Positions 30,873 through 40,901 of a DNA stretch of 64,000 bases are shown here, in pieces. Where the stretch lies: contig CAYMOT010000001.1 in the NCBI GenBank assembly GCA_964392315.1, forward strand, positions 285,498-349,497, read 5' to 3'. Positions within the stretch are counted from its first letter, which is position 1, and each line of letters begins with the position of its first letter. Below the pieces are notes generated by a model. It worked only from the letters and a program-made list of their open reading frames with translations, ran no database searches and was not told the DNA's origin. The stretch comes from an uncultured Candidatus Saccharibacteria bacterium. GTDB taxonomy: Bacteria > Patescibacteriota > 4484-211 > JAGQKX01. The position numbers and the translations under genes are program-made.

Positions 30873-31163
30873 ATGGCAAGAAGTACAAAAAAAGGTCCGT
30901 ACGTGGACGAAAAGCTAGTAAAAAAAATACAACAGCTTAACGAAGCGGGAATAAAAGAAGTCATAAAAACCTGGAGCAGGGAAAGTGCAATTAGTCCTGA
31001 AATGGTAAACCACACACTCGATATCCATCAAGGAATACGGTTTGTGCGCGTGTACATACAAGAAAGCATGGTTGGGCATAAGCTCGGCGAGTTTGCAAAG
31101 ACAAGAAAGTTTCTTGCACATAGTAAGAAAGGTGTACAGAAACCAACAGGTACAGGAGAATAA
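30873..31163 (+). CDS. rpsS: 30S ribosomal protein S19
   Basis: It has [15 protein letters not shown] ... [19 protein letters not shown]. Confidence 0.93.
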   Translation: MARSTKKGPYVDEKLVKKIQQLNEAGIKEVIKTWSRESAISPEMVNHTLDIHQGIRFVRVYIQESMVGHKLGEFAKTRKFLAHSKKGVQKPTGTGE

Positions 31164-31169
31164 CATCAT

Positions 31170-31547
31170 ATGGCACGTCAAATTATTGCAGTTACCAAAC
31201 ATATACGACAGTCACCGCAGAAGATGCGTGTTGTGGCACGAAGAGTAGCCAAGCTTCCATTGGATAAAGCAGTTGCAGTGCTTGAGCAAACTCCCAAGAG
31301 AGCAGCGGAGCCAATATTAAAGACTTTGGCGTCAGCTAAGGCGAATGCAATACATAACTTTGATATACCAAAAGAAAAGCTATTTATTAAAGAAATTCAG
31401 GTGGGAAGAGGTATGATACGGCGTTCTCCAGAATTTCGCGCACGAGGGCGATTGAATTGGCGCCGGAGTGCTAGTTCTAATGTACGGGTAGTATTAGAGG
31501 AAACTGAAAATATAGATCAATCACCAAAGAAAGAAACACCCAAATAA
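31170..31547 (+). CDS. rplV: 50S ribosomal protein L22
   Basis: The position in the operon and the sequence (VAVLEQTPKRAAEPILKTLASAKANA) support the call. Confidence 0.88.
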   Translation: MARQIIAVTKHIRQSPQKMRVVARRVAKLPLDKAVAVLEQTPKRAAEPILKTLASAKANAIHNFDIPKEKLFIKEIQVGRGMIRRSPEFRARGRLNWRRSASSNVRVVLEETENIDQSPKKETPK

Positions 31548-31587
31548 ATAGATGTTTCTGTAATTATTTTTTGGTAATTAGTTGCGT

Positions 31588-32214
31588 ATGGGACAAAGTA
31601 TTAATCCGGTAGGTTACCGGCTTTCTAAAAACAAAAACTGGAATTCTGTTTGGCATAATGACCAGAACTATGTGGATTTACTTCACGAGGACTTGGCAAT
31701 TAGAAACTATTTGAATACAGAATTATCGCTTGCAGGGCTTGACCGGGTTGTCATAAAGAGAAGTATCAATCAGGTTGATATTGATGTCTATGTCGCAAAA
31801 CCGGGTATGGTTATAGGACGTGGAGGTACACGCGTAGAAGAGATAAAGAAAGGATTAAATGTATTAGCAACGGGAAAGATGAATCTCAATGTGTTCGAAG
31901 TTGCTCATCCGGATTTATCAGCGAGGGCGGTTGCAGACGATATTGCATATAAGATTGAGCGAAGAATGAGCTATAAGCGTGTAGTTGCTAAATCAATGCA
32001 AAAGACAATGGATGCGGGGGCTCAAGGTATTAAGGTATATGTGAGTGGCCGAGTTGGGGGAACTGCCATTGCTCGCACTGAGAAAAAGGTATTGGGTTCA
32101 GTGCCCACGTCTACCATGGATGCCGATATAAGCTATTCTCAAGCGACAGCAAAGACTAAATTCGGAACGATTGGTATAAAAGTATGGATTGCACGAAACA
32201 GTAAAAACGAGTAA
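31588..32214 (+). CDS. rpsC: 30S ribosomal protein S3
   Basis: It begins MGQSINPVGYRLSKNKNWNSVWH and has a KH domain. The start is the ATG at 31588; the track start is a TTG at 31582. Confidence 0.93.
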   Translation: MGQSINPVGYRLSKNKNWNSVWHNDQNYVDLLHEDLAIRNYLNTELSLAGLDRVVIKRSINQVDIDVYVAKPGMVIGRGGTRVEEIKKGLNVLATGKMNLNVFEVAHPDLSARAVADDIAYKIERRMSYKRVVAKSMQKTMDAGAQGIKVYVSGRVGGTAIARTEKKVLGSVPTSTMDADISYSQATAKTKFGTIGIKVWIARNSKNE

Positions 32215-32231
32215 TAGAAAGGTAAAAACGT

Positions 32232-32651
32232 ATGCTAGAACCAAAGAAACTTAAATATCGACGAATTTTTAGAGGAAAGAATAAGGGAAAAAGTACCAGG
32301 GGAAGTGAAGTGTCCTTTGGCGAATTTGGTTTGCAGTCTAAGACACGAGGATTTATTTCAAGCCGCGAAATAGAGGCTGCACGACGGGCAATAAGGAACC
32401 ACGCAAGTCGCGGTGGTAAGTTGTGGATTCGAGTATTTCCCCACAAGCCAATAACAAGCAAAGGTGGCGAGGGGAGAATGGGTGGAGGAAAAGGTCCGTT
32501 GGATCATTATGCGGTAGTTGTCAAGCCTGGTAGAATGCTGTTTGAATTGTCAGGATTGCCAGAAGAGGTTGCGCGAGAAGCATTCCGATTAGCAGGACAT
32601 AAGTTATCAGTGGGAACCGCATTTGTCAAAAAAGGGGAATACTATGAGTAA
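32232..32651 (+). CDS. rplP: 50S ribosomal protein L16
   Basis: It has MLEPKKLKYRRIFRGK ... IRVFPHKPITSKGGEGRMGGGKG. Confidence 0.93.
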   Translation: MLEPKKLKYRRIFRGKNKGKSTRGSEVSFGEFGLQSKTRGFISSREIEAARRAIRNHASRGGKLWIRVFPHKPITSKGGEGRMGGGKGPLDHYAVVVKPGRMLFELSGLPEEVAREAFRLAGHKLSVGTAFVKKGEYYE

Positions 32652-32868
32652 ACAATCAACGTTAATGTCTGAATTACGTACAAAAACAAAAGGGGAATTA
32701 CAAGCAATGTTGCAAGATGAGCGTGACGCACTTGCGCAGCTTCGTATGAATGTTGCGGTAGGGAAAGAATCAGAAACGCATAAATTGCGCAAAGCACGTG
32801 TAGCTATCGCCCGCATTCAAACTGTATTACGCACGTTGTCGTCTCAGGACACAACTGCGCAGAGTTAA
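32644..32868 (+). CDS. rpmC: 50S ribosomal protein L29
   Basis: It has [27 protein letters not shown]. The start is at ATG 32644, overlapping the rplP stop. Confidence 0.85.
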   Translation: MSKQSTLMSELRTKTKGELQAMLQDERDALAQLRMNVAVGKESETHKLRKARVAIARIQTVLRTLSSQDTTAQS

Positions 32869-32869
32869 T

Positions 32870-33121
32870 ATGTCAAAAAAACAGCTTATAGGTACAGTGG
32901 TATCAACACATATGCATAATACCGTGGTCGTGAAAGTAGACCAGGTGGTAAAGCATGCACTCTACGAAAAAAGGTTTGTGCGTAGCAAAAAATATTATGC
33001 ACACACGGAACAAGACGAAATAAACGTTGGTGATACTGTGCGAATTGAAGAAACCCGTCCGCTATCAAAACAGAAACGTTGGCATGTAGTAGAACGTATC
33101 ACGAAGAATGATAACGTTTAG
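32870..33121 (+). CDS. rpsQ: 30S ribosomal protein S17
   Basis: It has [17 protein letters not shown] ... [29 protein letters not shown]. Confidence 0.92.
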   Translation: MSKKQLIGTVVSTHMHNTVVVKVDQVVKHALYEKRFVRSKKYYAHTEQDEINVGDTVRIEETRPLSKQKRWHVVERITKNDNV

Positions 33122-33127
33122 GCATCT

Positions 33128-33496
33128 ATGATTCAAATTGGTACACAATTACAAGTAGCTGATAATTCGGGGGCAAAAAGAGTGCAATGTTTATCGATCC
33201 CTGGAGCGTCCAAAAAGAAATATGCATATCTTGGTGACACCATATCAGTCGTGGTGAAAGGAGCGATTCCTCATGGTGCAGTAAAAGATCATGAGATTGC
33301 TCGTGCACTTGTCGTCAGGACAAAAAAGGAAAGACGAAGGAATGATGGAACATACATAAGATTTGATGATAATGCAGCTGTACTTATCGACAAAAATGGT
33401 GTGCCATTGGGAACACGAGTTTTTGGCCCAATTGCCAAAGAAGTAAAAGACCGCGGGTTTTCTAAGATAGCATCACTCGCGAAAGAGGTTTTATGA
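33128..33496 (+). CDS. rplN: 50S ribosomal protein L14
   Basis: It begins [24 protein letters not shown]. Confidence 0.95.
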   Translation: MIQIGTQLQVADNSGAKRVQCLSIPGASKKKYAYLGDTISVVVKGAIPHGAVKDHEIARALVVRTKKERRRNDGTYIRFDDNAAVLIDKNGVPLGTRVFGPIAKEVKDRGFSKIASLAKEVL

Positions 33497-33804
33497 AAAT
33501 CAAAGCAGGAGATACTGTACAAATCATTGCTGGTAAGGATAAAGGAAAGAGCGGAAAAGTTCTGAAGTCATTTCCTAAGGAGGAACGCGTATTAGTCGAA
33601 GGGGCCAATATAGTAAAGCGGCATAAACGCGCACGGCAACGAGGACAAGAACATGGCATTTTGCAAAAGCCTGCACCGCTTCATGTGAGCAATGTCATGA
33701 TTGTTGACCCGGCATCTAAGGTGCGAACTCGAGTGGCCAATGATGCAACGACCGAGAAGAAGAAACGTGTTTCAAAGAAGACTCGAAAATCAGTAGATAA
33801 ATAA
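33493..33804 (+). CDS. rplX: 50S ribosomal protein L24
   Basis: It begins [24 protein letters not shown], a KOW motif. Confidence 0.92.
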   Translation: MKIKAGDTVQIIAGKDKGKSGKVLKSFPKEERVLVEGANIVKRHKRARQRGQEHGILQKPAPLHVSNVMIVDPASKVRTRVANDATTEKKKRVSKKTRKSVDK

Positions 33805-33806
33805 AT

Positions 33807-34361
33807 ATGACTCGCTTAAAAGAAAAATATACAAAGGAAATAGTTCCGCAATTAATGAAAGATCTAGGGTATAATAACCCGCACGCGGTGCCACGACTGA
33901 TGAAGATCGTGCTTAATATGGGGGTGGGACGTGCAATAAAAGACAAGAAAGAGATCGAAAAATCTCAGGAGGATTTAACAAACATTGCCGGCCAAAAGGC
34001 TATCATTACAAAAGCACGTAAGTCAATTGCAGGATTTGGAGTGGGGAAAGGCAATGCGATTGGTGTAAAGGCAACGCTCAGAGGCGATCGAATGTATGAG
34101 TTCCTCGATAAATTAATTGCGATAATATTTCCGAGGACTCGTGATTTCAAAGGGGTACCGGTACGGGCGTTTGATGGACAGGGCAATTATACATTAGGGA
34201 TTAATGAACAAGTTGTATTTCCGGAGATTGATCCCAATACATTAGATCGCAGAAGGAGTTTGCAGGTGATTATTGTAACATCTGCTCAAAATACCAGTGA
34301 AGGTGAAGCGCTTTTGAGGGCATTTGGGATGCCTTTCGAAAAAGAGGCTTCACAGAAATAA
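33807..34361 (+). CDS. rplE: 50S ribosomal protein L5
   Basis: It has IVLNMGVG ... RGDRMYEFLDKLI ... DGQGNYTLGINEQVVFPEID. Confidence 0.93.
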   Translation: MTRLKEKYTKEIVPQLMKDLGYNNPHAVPRLMKIVLNMGVGRAIKDKKEIEKSQEDLTNIAGQKAIITKARKSIAGFGVGKGNAIGVKATLRGDRMYEFLDKLIAIIFPRTRDFKGVPVRAFDGQGNYTLGINEQVVFPEIDPNTLDRRRSLQVIIVTSAQNTSEGEALLRAFGMPFEKEASQK

Positions 34362-34364
34362 CAT

Positions 34365-34547
34365 ATGCCACAAAAGTCATGGATATTACGAAATGAAAAG
34401 AAAAAGCGTCCGGTAAGTAAACGTAATCGTTGCAGAGTGTGTGGGAATCCACGTGGCTTCATGGGTAAATTCGGAATGTGTCGAAAATGCTTTCGCGAGC
34501 ATGCCCTCAGGGGTAATCTTCCGGGAGTAATAAAAGCATCATGGTAA
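34365..34547 (+). CDS. rpsZ: 30S ribosomal protein S14, type Z (zinc-binding short form)
   Basis: A 60-aa protein containing [23 protein letters not shown]. Confidence 0.92.
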   Translation: MPQKSWILRNEKKKRPVSKRNRCRVCGNPRGFMGKFGMCRKCFREHALRGNLPGVIKASW

Positions 34548-34942
34548 TGATAACTGATCCCGTAGCGGATCTTCTTATACGAATTAAAAATGGTTATATG
34601 GCAAGTAAGATTGAAGTAACGATGCCATACACTCGGTTGAAGGAAACAATAGCTCGTGTATTGTATGAACATGAGTTTGTAGATGATGTAACGGTGAATG
34701 AGCAAGAGAATAGAAAATGGCTGACGGTATATCTAAAGTATGATGATAAGAAACAGCCTGCGCTCATAGATATCAAGCAAGTATCTACTCCAGGACGAAG
34801 AGTGTACAAGCCGTATGCAAAGCTTCGGTCCATCCGTGGAGGGTTTGGCATAACAGTTGTTAGTACGTCAAAAGGGGTTATGTCTTCGGAGAAAGCGAGA
34901 AAACAAAAGCTTGGCGGTGAGGTACTCGCAGAGGTTTGGTAG
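34541..34942 (+). CDS. rpsH: 30S ribosomal protein S8
   Basis: It has [17 protein letters not shown] ... GRRVYKP ... [15 protein letters not shown]. Confidence 0.93.
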   Translation: MVMITDPVADLLIRIKNGYMASKIEVTMPYTRLKETIARVLYEHEFVDDVTVNEQENRKWLTVYLKYDDKKQPALIDIKQVSTPGRRVYKPYAKLRSIRGGFGITVVSTSKGVMSSEKARKQKLGGEVLAEVW

Positions 34943-34969
34943 AGTGTGTCGATCTACCTAATAAAACAT

Positions 34970-35509
34970 ATGTCTAAAATAGGAAAACAACCAATACAAA
35001 TACCACCAGCAGTCGAGGTTACTATAGAGGGGAGAGATGTCAATATTTCAGGACCCAAGACGGTAGTCACGCATACTCTCCCGCGAGAGTTAAAGTTGCA
35101 GCGTGAAAACGATACGTTGCTTGTTCTAAAAGATTCGCCTGCTCGATATGTCCAAGCGTTGTGGGGATTATGGCGTGCGCTATTAGCAAATGATATAGAA
35201 GGGGCACACGTTGGTTTTGAAAAAAAGTTAGAGCTTACCGGTGTTGGATACCGGGTAAACATGAAAGGAAAAGACTTAGAGCTTATGCTTGGATTTTCGC
35301 ACCCGATCCTTTTTAAAGCTCCTGAAGATATAACGCTTAGTATTGATGATAAATATATTGTGGTGTCAGGGCCAAGCAAGCAACGTGTAGGTCAAATTGC
35401 CGCAGAAATTCGAAAGCTTCGGGCTCCTGAACCCTACAAAGGCAAAGGGATTAAATATGTGGGTGAAATAATTCGCAGAAAAGCTGGTAAGGCAGCTAAA
35501 GCCGGCTAG
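34970..35509 (+). CDS. rplF: 50S ribosomal protein L6
   Basis: It has MSKIGKQPIQIP ... the two-domain L6 pattern ... KGKGIKYVGE. The track start 34946 is probably a 5' extension. Confidence 0.9.
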   Translation: MSKIGKQPIQIPPAVEVTIEGRDVNISGPKTVVTHTLPRELKLQRENDTLLVLKDSPARYVQALWGLWRALLANDIEGAHVGFEKKLELTGVGYRVNMKGKDLELMLGFSHPILFKAPEDITLSIDDKYIVVSGPSKQRVGQIAAEIRKLRAPEPYKGKGIKYVGEIIRRKAGKAAKAG

Positions 35510-35519
35510 CTATACGAAT

Positions 35520-35879
35520 ATGTTACAAAAATACACTGGATCTTACAAAGAAAAGCAAAGACAAAGACGCCATCAGCGTGTACGTGCTAAGATTAGCGGT
35601 ACTGCTGATCGACCTCGTGTAGCTGTTTTCCGCTCGAGTGAACGATTGTATGTTCAGGCTATTGATGACACTGCGCGCAGTACCCTTATTGGCATGAGCG
35701 ATAACGCTATTAAGTTATCGCCGAAGACTGCAAAAGCACATCGGCTCGGAAATGAATTTGGGAAGCGTTTGCAGGAAAAACAGATTACGCGTATAGTATT
35801 TGACCGCGGAGGATATGCGTACCATGGTAGGGTAAAAGCTTTGGCAGATGGGATGAGAGAGGCAGGATTACAATTCTAA
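35520..35879 (+). CDS. rplR: 50S ribosomal protein L18
   Basis: It has [26 protein letters not shown] ... [24 protein letters not shown]. Confidence 0.92.
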   Translation: MLQKYTGSYKEKQRQRRHQRVRAKISGTADRPRVAVFRSSERLYVQAIDDTARSTLIGMSDNAIKLSPKTAKAHRLGNEFGKRLQEKQITRIVFDRGGYAYHGRVKALADGMREAGLQF

Positions 35880-35881
35880 GT

Positions 35882-36409
35882 ATGATAGATACAAAGAAAC
35901 CAAAAACACAAACTATGGAACAAGAACATAAAGATACTGAATATCTTGAACAACTCGTTGAGCTTAAACGTACATCCAAAAAAACCAAGGGGGGTAACAG
36001 GTTTCGTTTTGCAGCATTAGTAGTAGTAGGTGATCGAAATGGTATGGTGGGAGTTGGGGTAGGCAAAGCAAAAGATGTAAGTGCTGCGGTAAAAAAAGGT
36101 GGACGCCAAGCAAAAAAGGCCATGTTTCCCATTCAACTCGTTGGAGAAGCACGAACGATTGCACATGATGTCCGTAAAAAGTATAAATCAGCTCAAATAC
36201 TTCTCAAGCCTGCGCCGCTTGGTACGGGTATTATTGCGGGTGGAGCGATTCGTACCATTGCAGAAGCAGCAGGCATTCGGAATGTCGTGGGTAAAATTAT
36301 TGGCAGCAAAAACAAAAAAAGTAATGTAAAAGCAACGATTATGGCACTAAGAAGCATTAAACCAACATCAGCTCGCAAAATTACTCGTAAGGTATCGAAG
36401 ACTAAATAA
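35882..36409 (+). CDS. rpsE: 30S ribosomal protein S5
   Basis: It has [38 protein letters not shown]. Confidence 0.93.
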   Translation: MIDTKKPKTQTMEQEHKDTEYLEQLVELKRTSKKTKGGNRFRFAALVVVGDRNGMVGVGVGKAKDVSAAVKKGGRQAKKAMFPIQLVGEARTIAHDVRKKYKSAQILLKPAPLGTGIIAGGAIRTIAEAAGIRNVVGKIIGSKNKKSNVKATIMALRSIKPTSARKITRKVSKTK

Positions 36410-36410
36410 T

Positions 36411-36842
36411 ATGCAACTACATTCATTACCAAAATTAAAAGGGGTTCAAAAACGTGGAAGGCGTCTTGGTAGAGGACTGGGAAGTTCTAAAGGAAAAACA
36501 TCAGGACACGGAATTAAGGGGCAAAGTGTACGCAATCGGTTAAAGTTGAGACGTTTACAAATATTTAAGCAATTCCCGTTTTTAAAAGGAAAATCCGGCC
36601 GGCGGGTACAGTGGTCTATGCGACCGTACACCGTTACGTTGAATCAATGTAACACGCTGGATACGGAAAAACTCACACCTCAAGTATTGTTGGATGCTGG
36701 AGTAGTAAAGGATACAAATATGCCCATAAAAATCCTCGCTAATGGCACATTGACGCATGCACGTACATTCTCGTCTGAGTTTACATTTTCGAAAAATGCA
36801 CGAAAAAAGATAGAAGAGGCTGGTGGTACAATACAAAAGTAA
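36411..36842 (+). CDS. rplO: 50S ribosomal protein L15. It follows rpsE directly, with no L30 gene in between.
   Basis: It has KGVQKRGRRLGRGLGSSKGKTSGHGIKGQ. A 1-nt gap after rpsE leaves no room for rpmD. Confidence 0.9.
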   Translation: MQLHSLPKLKGVQKRGRRLGRGLGSSKGKTSGHGIKGQSVRNRLKLRRLQIFKQFPFLKGKSGRRVQWSMRPYTVTLNQCNTLDTEKLTPQVLLDAGVVKDTNMPIKILANGTLTHARTFSSEFTFSKNARKKIEEAGGTIQK

Positions 36843-36843
36843 G

Positions 36844-38133
36844 ATGAAATTCCTTTCCCTCCTTCGTCAAGTATGGTCGACGCCTGACGTGCGACGCAAA
36901 GTCATAGTTACCCTTGGAATACTAACCATATTTCGTATTCTTGCACATATCCCGTTACCGGGTGTTGATCTTGCATCGTTACGCAATCTGTTTGCGAGCA
37001 GCCAGTTTTTGGGACTCTTAAACCTTTTTTCTGGTGGTGCGTTATCGAACTTTTCAATAATTGCACTAGGGCTTAACCCGTATATCAACGCCTCTATCAT
37101 TTTGAATTTGATGACTATGGTGATTCCATCTCTAAAAGAGCTTTCACAGGAAGGTGCGCAAGGCAGACGAAAAATAAACCAATACACCAGGCTACTCACG
37201 CTACCACTATCGGTAATACAGTCGATGAGTATTTATTTTTTGCTCAAGAGTCAAGGAGTCATATCGTTTTTGCCACCTACGACCATCGCCCTTATGGTAC
37301 TTACACTTACAGCCGGTGCGTTACTCCTTGTTTGGCTTGGCGAACTAATTGAAAATTATGGCGTTGGTAATGGAATCTCAATTCTTATCTTTGCAGGTAT
37401 TTTAAGCGGACTTCCCGTATCATTGTCTCAGCTCAGTGCAGTCAATGTAGAACAAGGAGATTTTTTGAGTATCCTCCTTTTCCTCCTTGTTAGTGTGGTT
37501 ATCATATGGGGTATTGTTGTAGTAAATGAGGCACAACGGGAAATTCCGATTCAATATGCTCGTAGAGGTGGTGGTCGACAAGCTGCCATGGGTCAGTCGA
37601 CACATTTGCCTCTTAGATTGAATAGTGCGGGTGTTATACCAATTATCTTCGCAATTTCCCTTATTTCATTGCCTGGTTTGGCAGGTAACTTTTTAGTTAA
37701 CCTGAGTAACCAACAACTCGTGCAGCTTGTGCGGCAATTCTTAGAATACTATAACAACCCTGTCATATATGCCTTGCTGTATTTTGTGCTTGTAATTGGA
37801 TTTACCTATATTTATACGGCAGTTCAATTTAATCCTGATGATGTAGCGGATAATCTTCAGAAACAAGCTGCTTTCATACCTGGCATACGTCCAGGTGCAC
37901 ATACAGCGGAATATCTAAACCAAATACTTACGCGAATTACGTTGGTGGGAGCTATCTTTCTTGGCCTCATTGCGGTATTACCTATCGGTATGCAAGTACT
38001 ATTCCCAACACTCAGTGGTGCGGTAACACTCGGCGGGACAAGCCTCCTTATTGTGGTCTCAGTTGTACTCGATGTGCTCAAACGATTGGAGGCTATGCTT
38101 GCAACCAGAGGATATGAACAATTTCTACAGTAA
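36844..38133 (+). CDS. secY: Preprotein translocase subunit SecY
   Basis: A 10-TM protein with GILTIFRILAHIPLPGVD ... GNGISILIFAGIL ... PIIFA. The start was moved to ATG 36844, just after the rplO stop. Confidence 0.93.
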   Translation: MKFLSLLRQVWSTPDVRRKVIVTLGILTIFRILAHIPLPGVDLASLRNLFASSQFLGLLNLFSGGALSNFSIIALGLNPYINASIILNLMTMVIPSLKELSQEGAQGRRKINQYTRLLTLPLSVIQSMSIYFLLKSQGVISFLPPTTIALMVLTLTAGALLLVWLGELIENYGVGNGISILIFAGILSGLPVSLSQLSAVNVEQGDFLSILLFLLVSVVIIWGIVVVNEAQREIPIQYARRGGGRQAAMGQSTHLPLRLNSAGVIPIIFAISLISLPGLAGNFLVNLSNQQLVQLVRQFLEYYNNPVIYALLYFVLVIGFTYIYTAVQFNPDDVADNLQKQAAFIPGIRPGAHTAEYLNQILTRITLVGAIFLGLIAVLPIGMQVLFPTLSGAVTLGGTSLLIVVSVVLDVLKRLEAMLATRGYEQFLQ

Positions 38134-38191
38134 TTCCACACCCCAAGGTACGCAGACCCAAGAATTCTCACCCGACAAAAAGATAATAGCG

Positions 38192-38893
38192 ATGAAAGAA
38201 GGAGGAGCGCTGGCGGGGCAATTACGCAAAAAACTTGCTGCTATGGTGCGTCCTGGCATCAAAACCATGGAGCTTGAAGAAGAAGCAAAGAGTTTTTATG
38301 AAGCCCACGATGTAAAACCGTCTTTTCTTGGATACCACGGCTACCCGCATCGGATTGTGGTTTGTGTAAACGAGGAAGTGGTCCATGGAATGCCTTCGGA
38401 TCGTGAAATTAATATAGGGGATATTGTTACCGTGGATCTCGGTATCCTCCATAAGGGTTTTCACACCGACACTGCCGAGACGGTAGAGGCAGGAACAGAT
38501 AGTTGGTCAGGGTTTCTCAATATTGGCAAGATGGCGCTTGAGCAAGCGATTGCCCAATGTAGAGTAGGAAATTACGTGGGGGATATCTCGTATGCCATGC
38601 AATCAGTTGTCGAGTCGCATGGTTGTAGTGTAATTCGGGCATTTGTGGGACACGGGATAGGAGAGAAATTGCATGAAGAAATACAAGTTCCCTGCTTTGG
38701 ATATCCGAAAGACGGGATCGAGCTTACTGCCGGTATGACCCTTGCTGTTGAAGTTATGTATGTTGAGAAAAGACATCATGTTCACATCCTTGATGATGGG
38801 TGGACTGCGGTGACGAGGGATGGGGGCAGATCTGCAATGTTTGAACATACGATTGCAATTACTGAAGGGGAACCGTTGATTTTGACTGCGTAG
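38192..38893 (+). CDS. map: Methionine aminopeptidase, type I
   Basis: It has LGYHGYPHRIVVCVNEEVVHGMP ... DIVTVDLG ... FHTDT ... HGIG. The track start 38051 overlaps secY by about 80 nt; the first in-frame ATG after the secY stop is 38192. Confidence 0.88.
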   Translation: MKEGGALAGQLRKKLAAMVRPGIKTMELEEEAKSFYEAHDVKPSFLGYHGYPHRIVVCVNEEVVHGMPSDREINIGDIVTVDLGILHKGFHTDTAETVEAGTDSWSGFLNIGKMALEQAIAQCRVGNYVGDISYAMQSVVESHGCSVIRAFVGHGIGEKLHEEIQVPCFGYPKDGIELTAGMTLAVEVMYVEKRHHVHILDDGWTAVTRDGGRSAMFEHTIAITEGEPLILTA

Positions 38894-38915
38894 TCTGCTA
38901 GAATGCGCACTATCT

Positions 38916-39155
38916 ATGGCTAAGGCTGGTTTAGTTATCCGTGAAGGGGAAGTAATAGAGACGCTTCCGCAAACGCAATTTAAGGTGCGTTTAGATCCTG
39001 AGAGTTCAGAAGCCGAGGGGAAAGTTATCACTGCATATTTGCAAGGAAAACTAAAGCGGTTTCGTATTACTATTTTACCTGGAGATCGCGTTAAGATTGA
39101 GATCGATCCTAAATACCCTGATTTAGGAAGAATCACGTATCGTCTGAAGAAGTAA
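38916..39155 (+). CDS. infA: Translation initiation factor IF-1
   Basis: An S1-like OB fold (GEVIETLPQTQFKVRL ... KVITAYLQGKLKRFRITILPGDRVKIEIDPKYPDLGRITYRL) with a roughly 9-aa acidic loop insert. Confidence 0.85.
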   Translation: MAKAGLVIREGEVIETLPQTQFKVRLDPESSEAEGKVITAYLQGKLKRFRITILPGDRVKIEIDPKYPDLGRITYRLKK

Positions 39156-39201
39156 TTTTTATCTTACGGTATGTTTTCCACGAAACAATACACGGTGGAT
39201 A

Positions 39202-39230
39202 TTGGTATCCATGAGGTTTGGTGTATAATC
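39202..39230 (+). promoter_or_regulatory. Internal promoter for the alpha operon: TTGGTA, 17-nt spacer, TGTATAAT
   Basis: ttggta at 39202-39207 and an extended -10 tgtataat at 39223-39230, 25 nt upstream of the rpmJ ATG. Confidence 0.45.
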
Positions 39231-39255
39231 GTGCATGCTGTAATGGGTACTCACT

Positions 39256-39369
39256 ATGAAAGTCAGCGCAAGTGTAAAAAAAAGATGTCCGAACTGCAAA
39301 ATAATTAAACGGGATGGTGTGGTGCGAGTTATCTGTAGTAACCCGAAGCATAAACAGCGCCAAGGATAG
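39256..39369 (+). CDS. rpmJ: 50S ribosomal protein L36. It is not in the ORF track because it is shorter than 60 aa.
   Basis: The translation [37 protein letters not shown] has the CxxC...C...H zinc ribbon typical of L36. It lies between infA and rpsM, as expected. Confidence 0.88.
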   Translation: MKVSASVKKRCPNCKIIKRDGVVRVICSNPKHKQRQG

Positions 39370-39387
39370 TACAATAATTTATATTTT

Positions 39388-39777
39388 ATGGCCCGAGTCA
39401 TTGGGGTAGATATACCTGATAACAAAAAAATAGTATACGCGCTCCGTTATATAAAAGGCATTGGTCTTACGTCTGCGCTGAAAATTGTAGAACAGGCCCA
39501 GGTCAATCCTGATAGCAGAACGCACGAATTAACGGAAGATGATTTAGGTCGTATTTCTAAAGTTATTGAAAAGTATTACAAGGTCGAGGGTGAACTAAGA
39601 CGAGAAGTGCGAGATAATATCAAACTCCTTATTGAAATTGGAACGTATCGTGGTCAGCGACATAAAAAGAATTTGCCGGTTCGTGGACAGCGGTCACGAA
39701 GAAACGCACGAACACGAAAAGGACCGAAACGTTCTGTAGCAGGAGTAAGTGTCAGAAAAGCTGTATCAAAGACGTAA
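39388..39777 (+). CDS. rpsM: 30S ribosomal protein S13
   Basis: It has [26 protein letters not shown] ... GQRTRTNARTRKG-like tail. Confidence 0.93.
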   Translation: MARVIGVDIPDNKKIVYALRYIKGIGLTSALKIVEQAQVNPDSRTHELTEDDLGRISKVIEKYYKVEGELRREVRDNIKLLIEIGTYRGQRHKKNLPVRGQRSRRNARTRKGPKRSVAGVSVRKAVSKT

Positions 39778-39788
39778 CTTTATCTAAT

Positions 39789-40190
39789 ATGGCAAAACAA
39801 ACAAAACAACAATCATCTAAAAAGACGGCAAAAAGACAGGTAGCTCCAGAGCATGGTCGAGCGTATATACAGGCAACATTTAATAATACAATCGTGACGG
39901 TGACAGATGCACAAGGACAGGTTTTGACTTGGGGTAGTTCTGGCACTGTCGGATTTAAGGGGACACGTAAATCCACTCCATATGCGGCGACCACGAGCGT
40001 GAAGGTTGTTGCGGAAAAGATTCTAGAACGCGGGATGAAATCATTAGATGTCTTTGTTAACGGTCCTGGCCTGGGTAGAGACTCGGCTGTACGCTCATTA
40101 AAAGCAGCAGGATTACAAATTAAATCAATTTCTGATATTACGCCGCTACCGCATAATGGTTGCAGGCCACGGAAGAGACGAAAGGTATAA
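39789..40190 (+). CDS. rpsK: 30S ribosomal protein S11
   Basis: It has [16 protein letters not shown] ... [13 protein letters not shown] ... [11 protein letters not shown]. Confidence 0.93.
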   Translation: MAKQTKQQSSKKTAKRQVAPEHGRAYIQATFNNTIVTVTDAQGQVLTWGSSGTVGFKGTRKSTPYAATTSVKVVAEKILERGMKSLDVFVNGPGLGRDSAVRSLKAAGLQIKSISDITPLPHNGCRPRKRRKV

Positions 40191-40199
40191 TTTTTAACT

Positions 40200-40772
40200 A
40201 TGGCACGGCATACAAAAGCAAAAAGAAAATATCAAAGAAGATTCGGGCTCATACCAGATGAACAAAGACCAGTACGTGGGACACGCCCACGCGGTAAATT
40301 GTCAGCATTCGGCGTGAGTTTGGAGCAAAAACAAAAGCTTAAATTCATCTATGGCATGCTGGAAAAACAATTTAGACGATATTACCAGGAGGCACTTCGG
40401 CAAAGAGGTAACACTGAGGAACGTTTTGTCCAGTTGCTTGAAACACGATTAGACAATGTAGTGTATCGACTTGGACTTGCACGTACTCGGGAACAAGCAC
40501 GACAGATAGTGACACATGGACATGTACTCGTTGATGGAAAAAAGGTAGATATCCCTTCATATCATGTAAAGGAAGGCCAGATCGTGACCCTCAAGGCAAA
40601 GTCTATGGAATTGCCATTCGTGAAAGAGAACATAGAAGATTCTAAAGAGCGAGAATTAGTACCGTGGTTGGTGCGTAAGGGACCTGTTGGTCAGGTAAAA
40701 TCATTACCAGCTTTGAGCCAGGTGCAACTTGATGTTGACGTATCACTCATAATTGAGTATTATTCGCGCTAG
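40200..40772 (+). CDS. rpsD: 30S ribosomal protein S4
   Basis: It has [16 protein letters not shown] ... [37 protein letters not shown], an S4 domain. Confidence 0.93.
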   Translation: MARHTKAKRKYQRRFGLIPDEQRPVRGTRPRGKLSAFGVSLEQKQKLKFIYGMLEKQFRRYYQEALRQRGNTEERFVQLLETRLDNVVYRLGLARTREQARQIVTHGHVLVDGKKVDIPSYHVKEGQIVTLKAKSMELPFVKENIEDSKERELVPWLVRKGPVGQVKSLPALSQVQLDVDVSLIIEYYSR

Positions 40773-40901
40773 TCAGCGGAAGTGCGTTTTGCCTAGTAGA
40801 ATTTGCAGAAGACACATATCTTCTGTACAATAAGGCAGGTATGTAGAGTGTACACGTCATGGCTCGTGTAGCCGTTACGTACACGCTCTGCATTTTTATT
40901 T

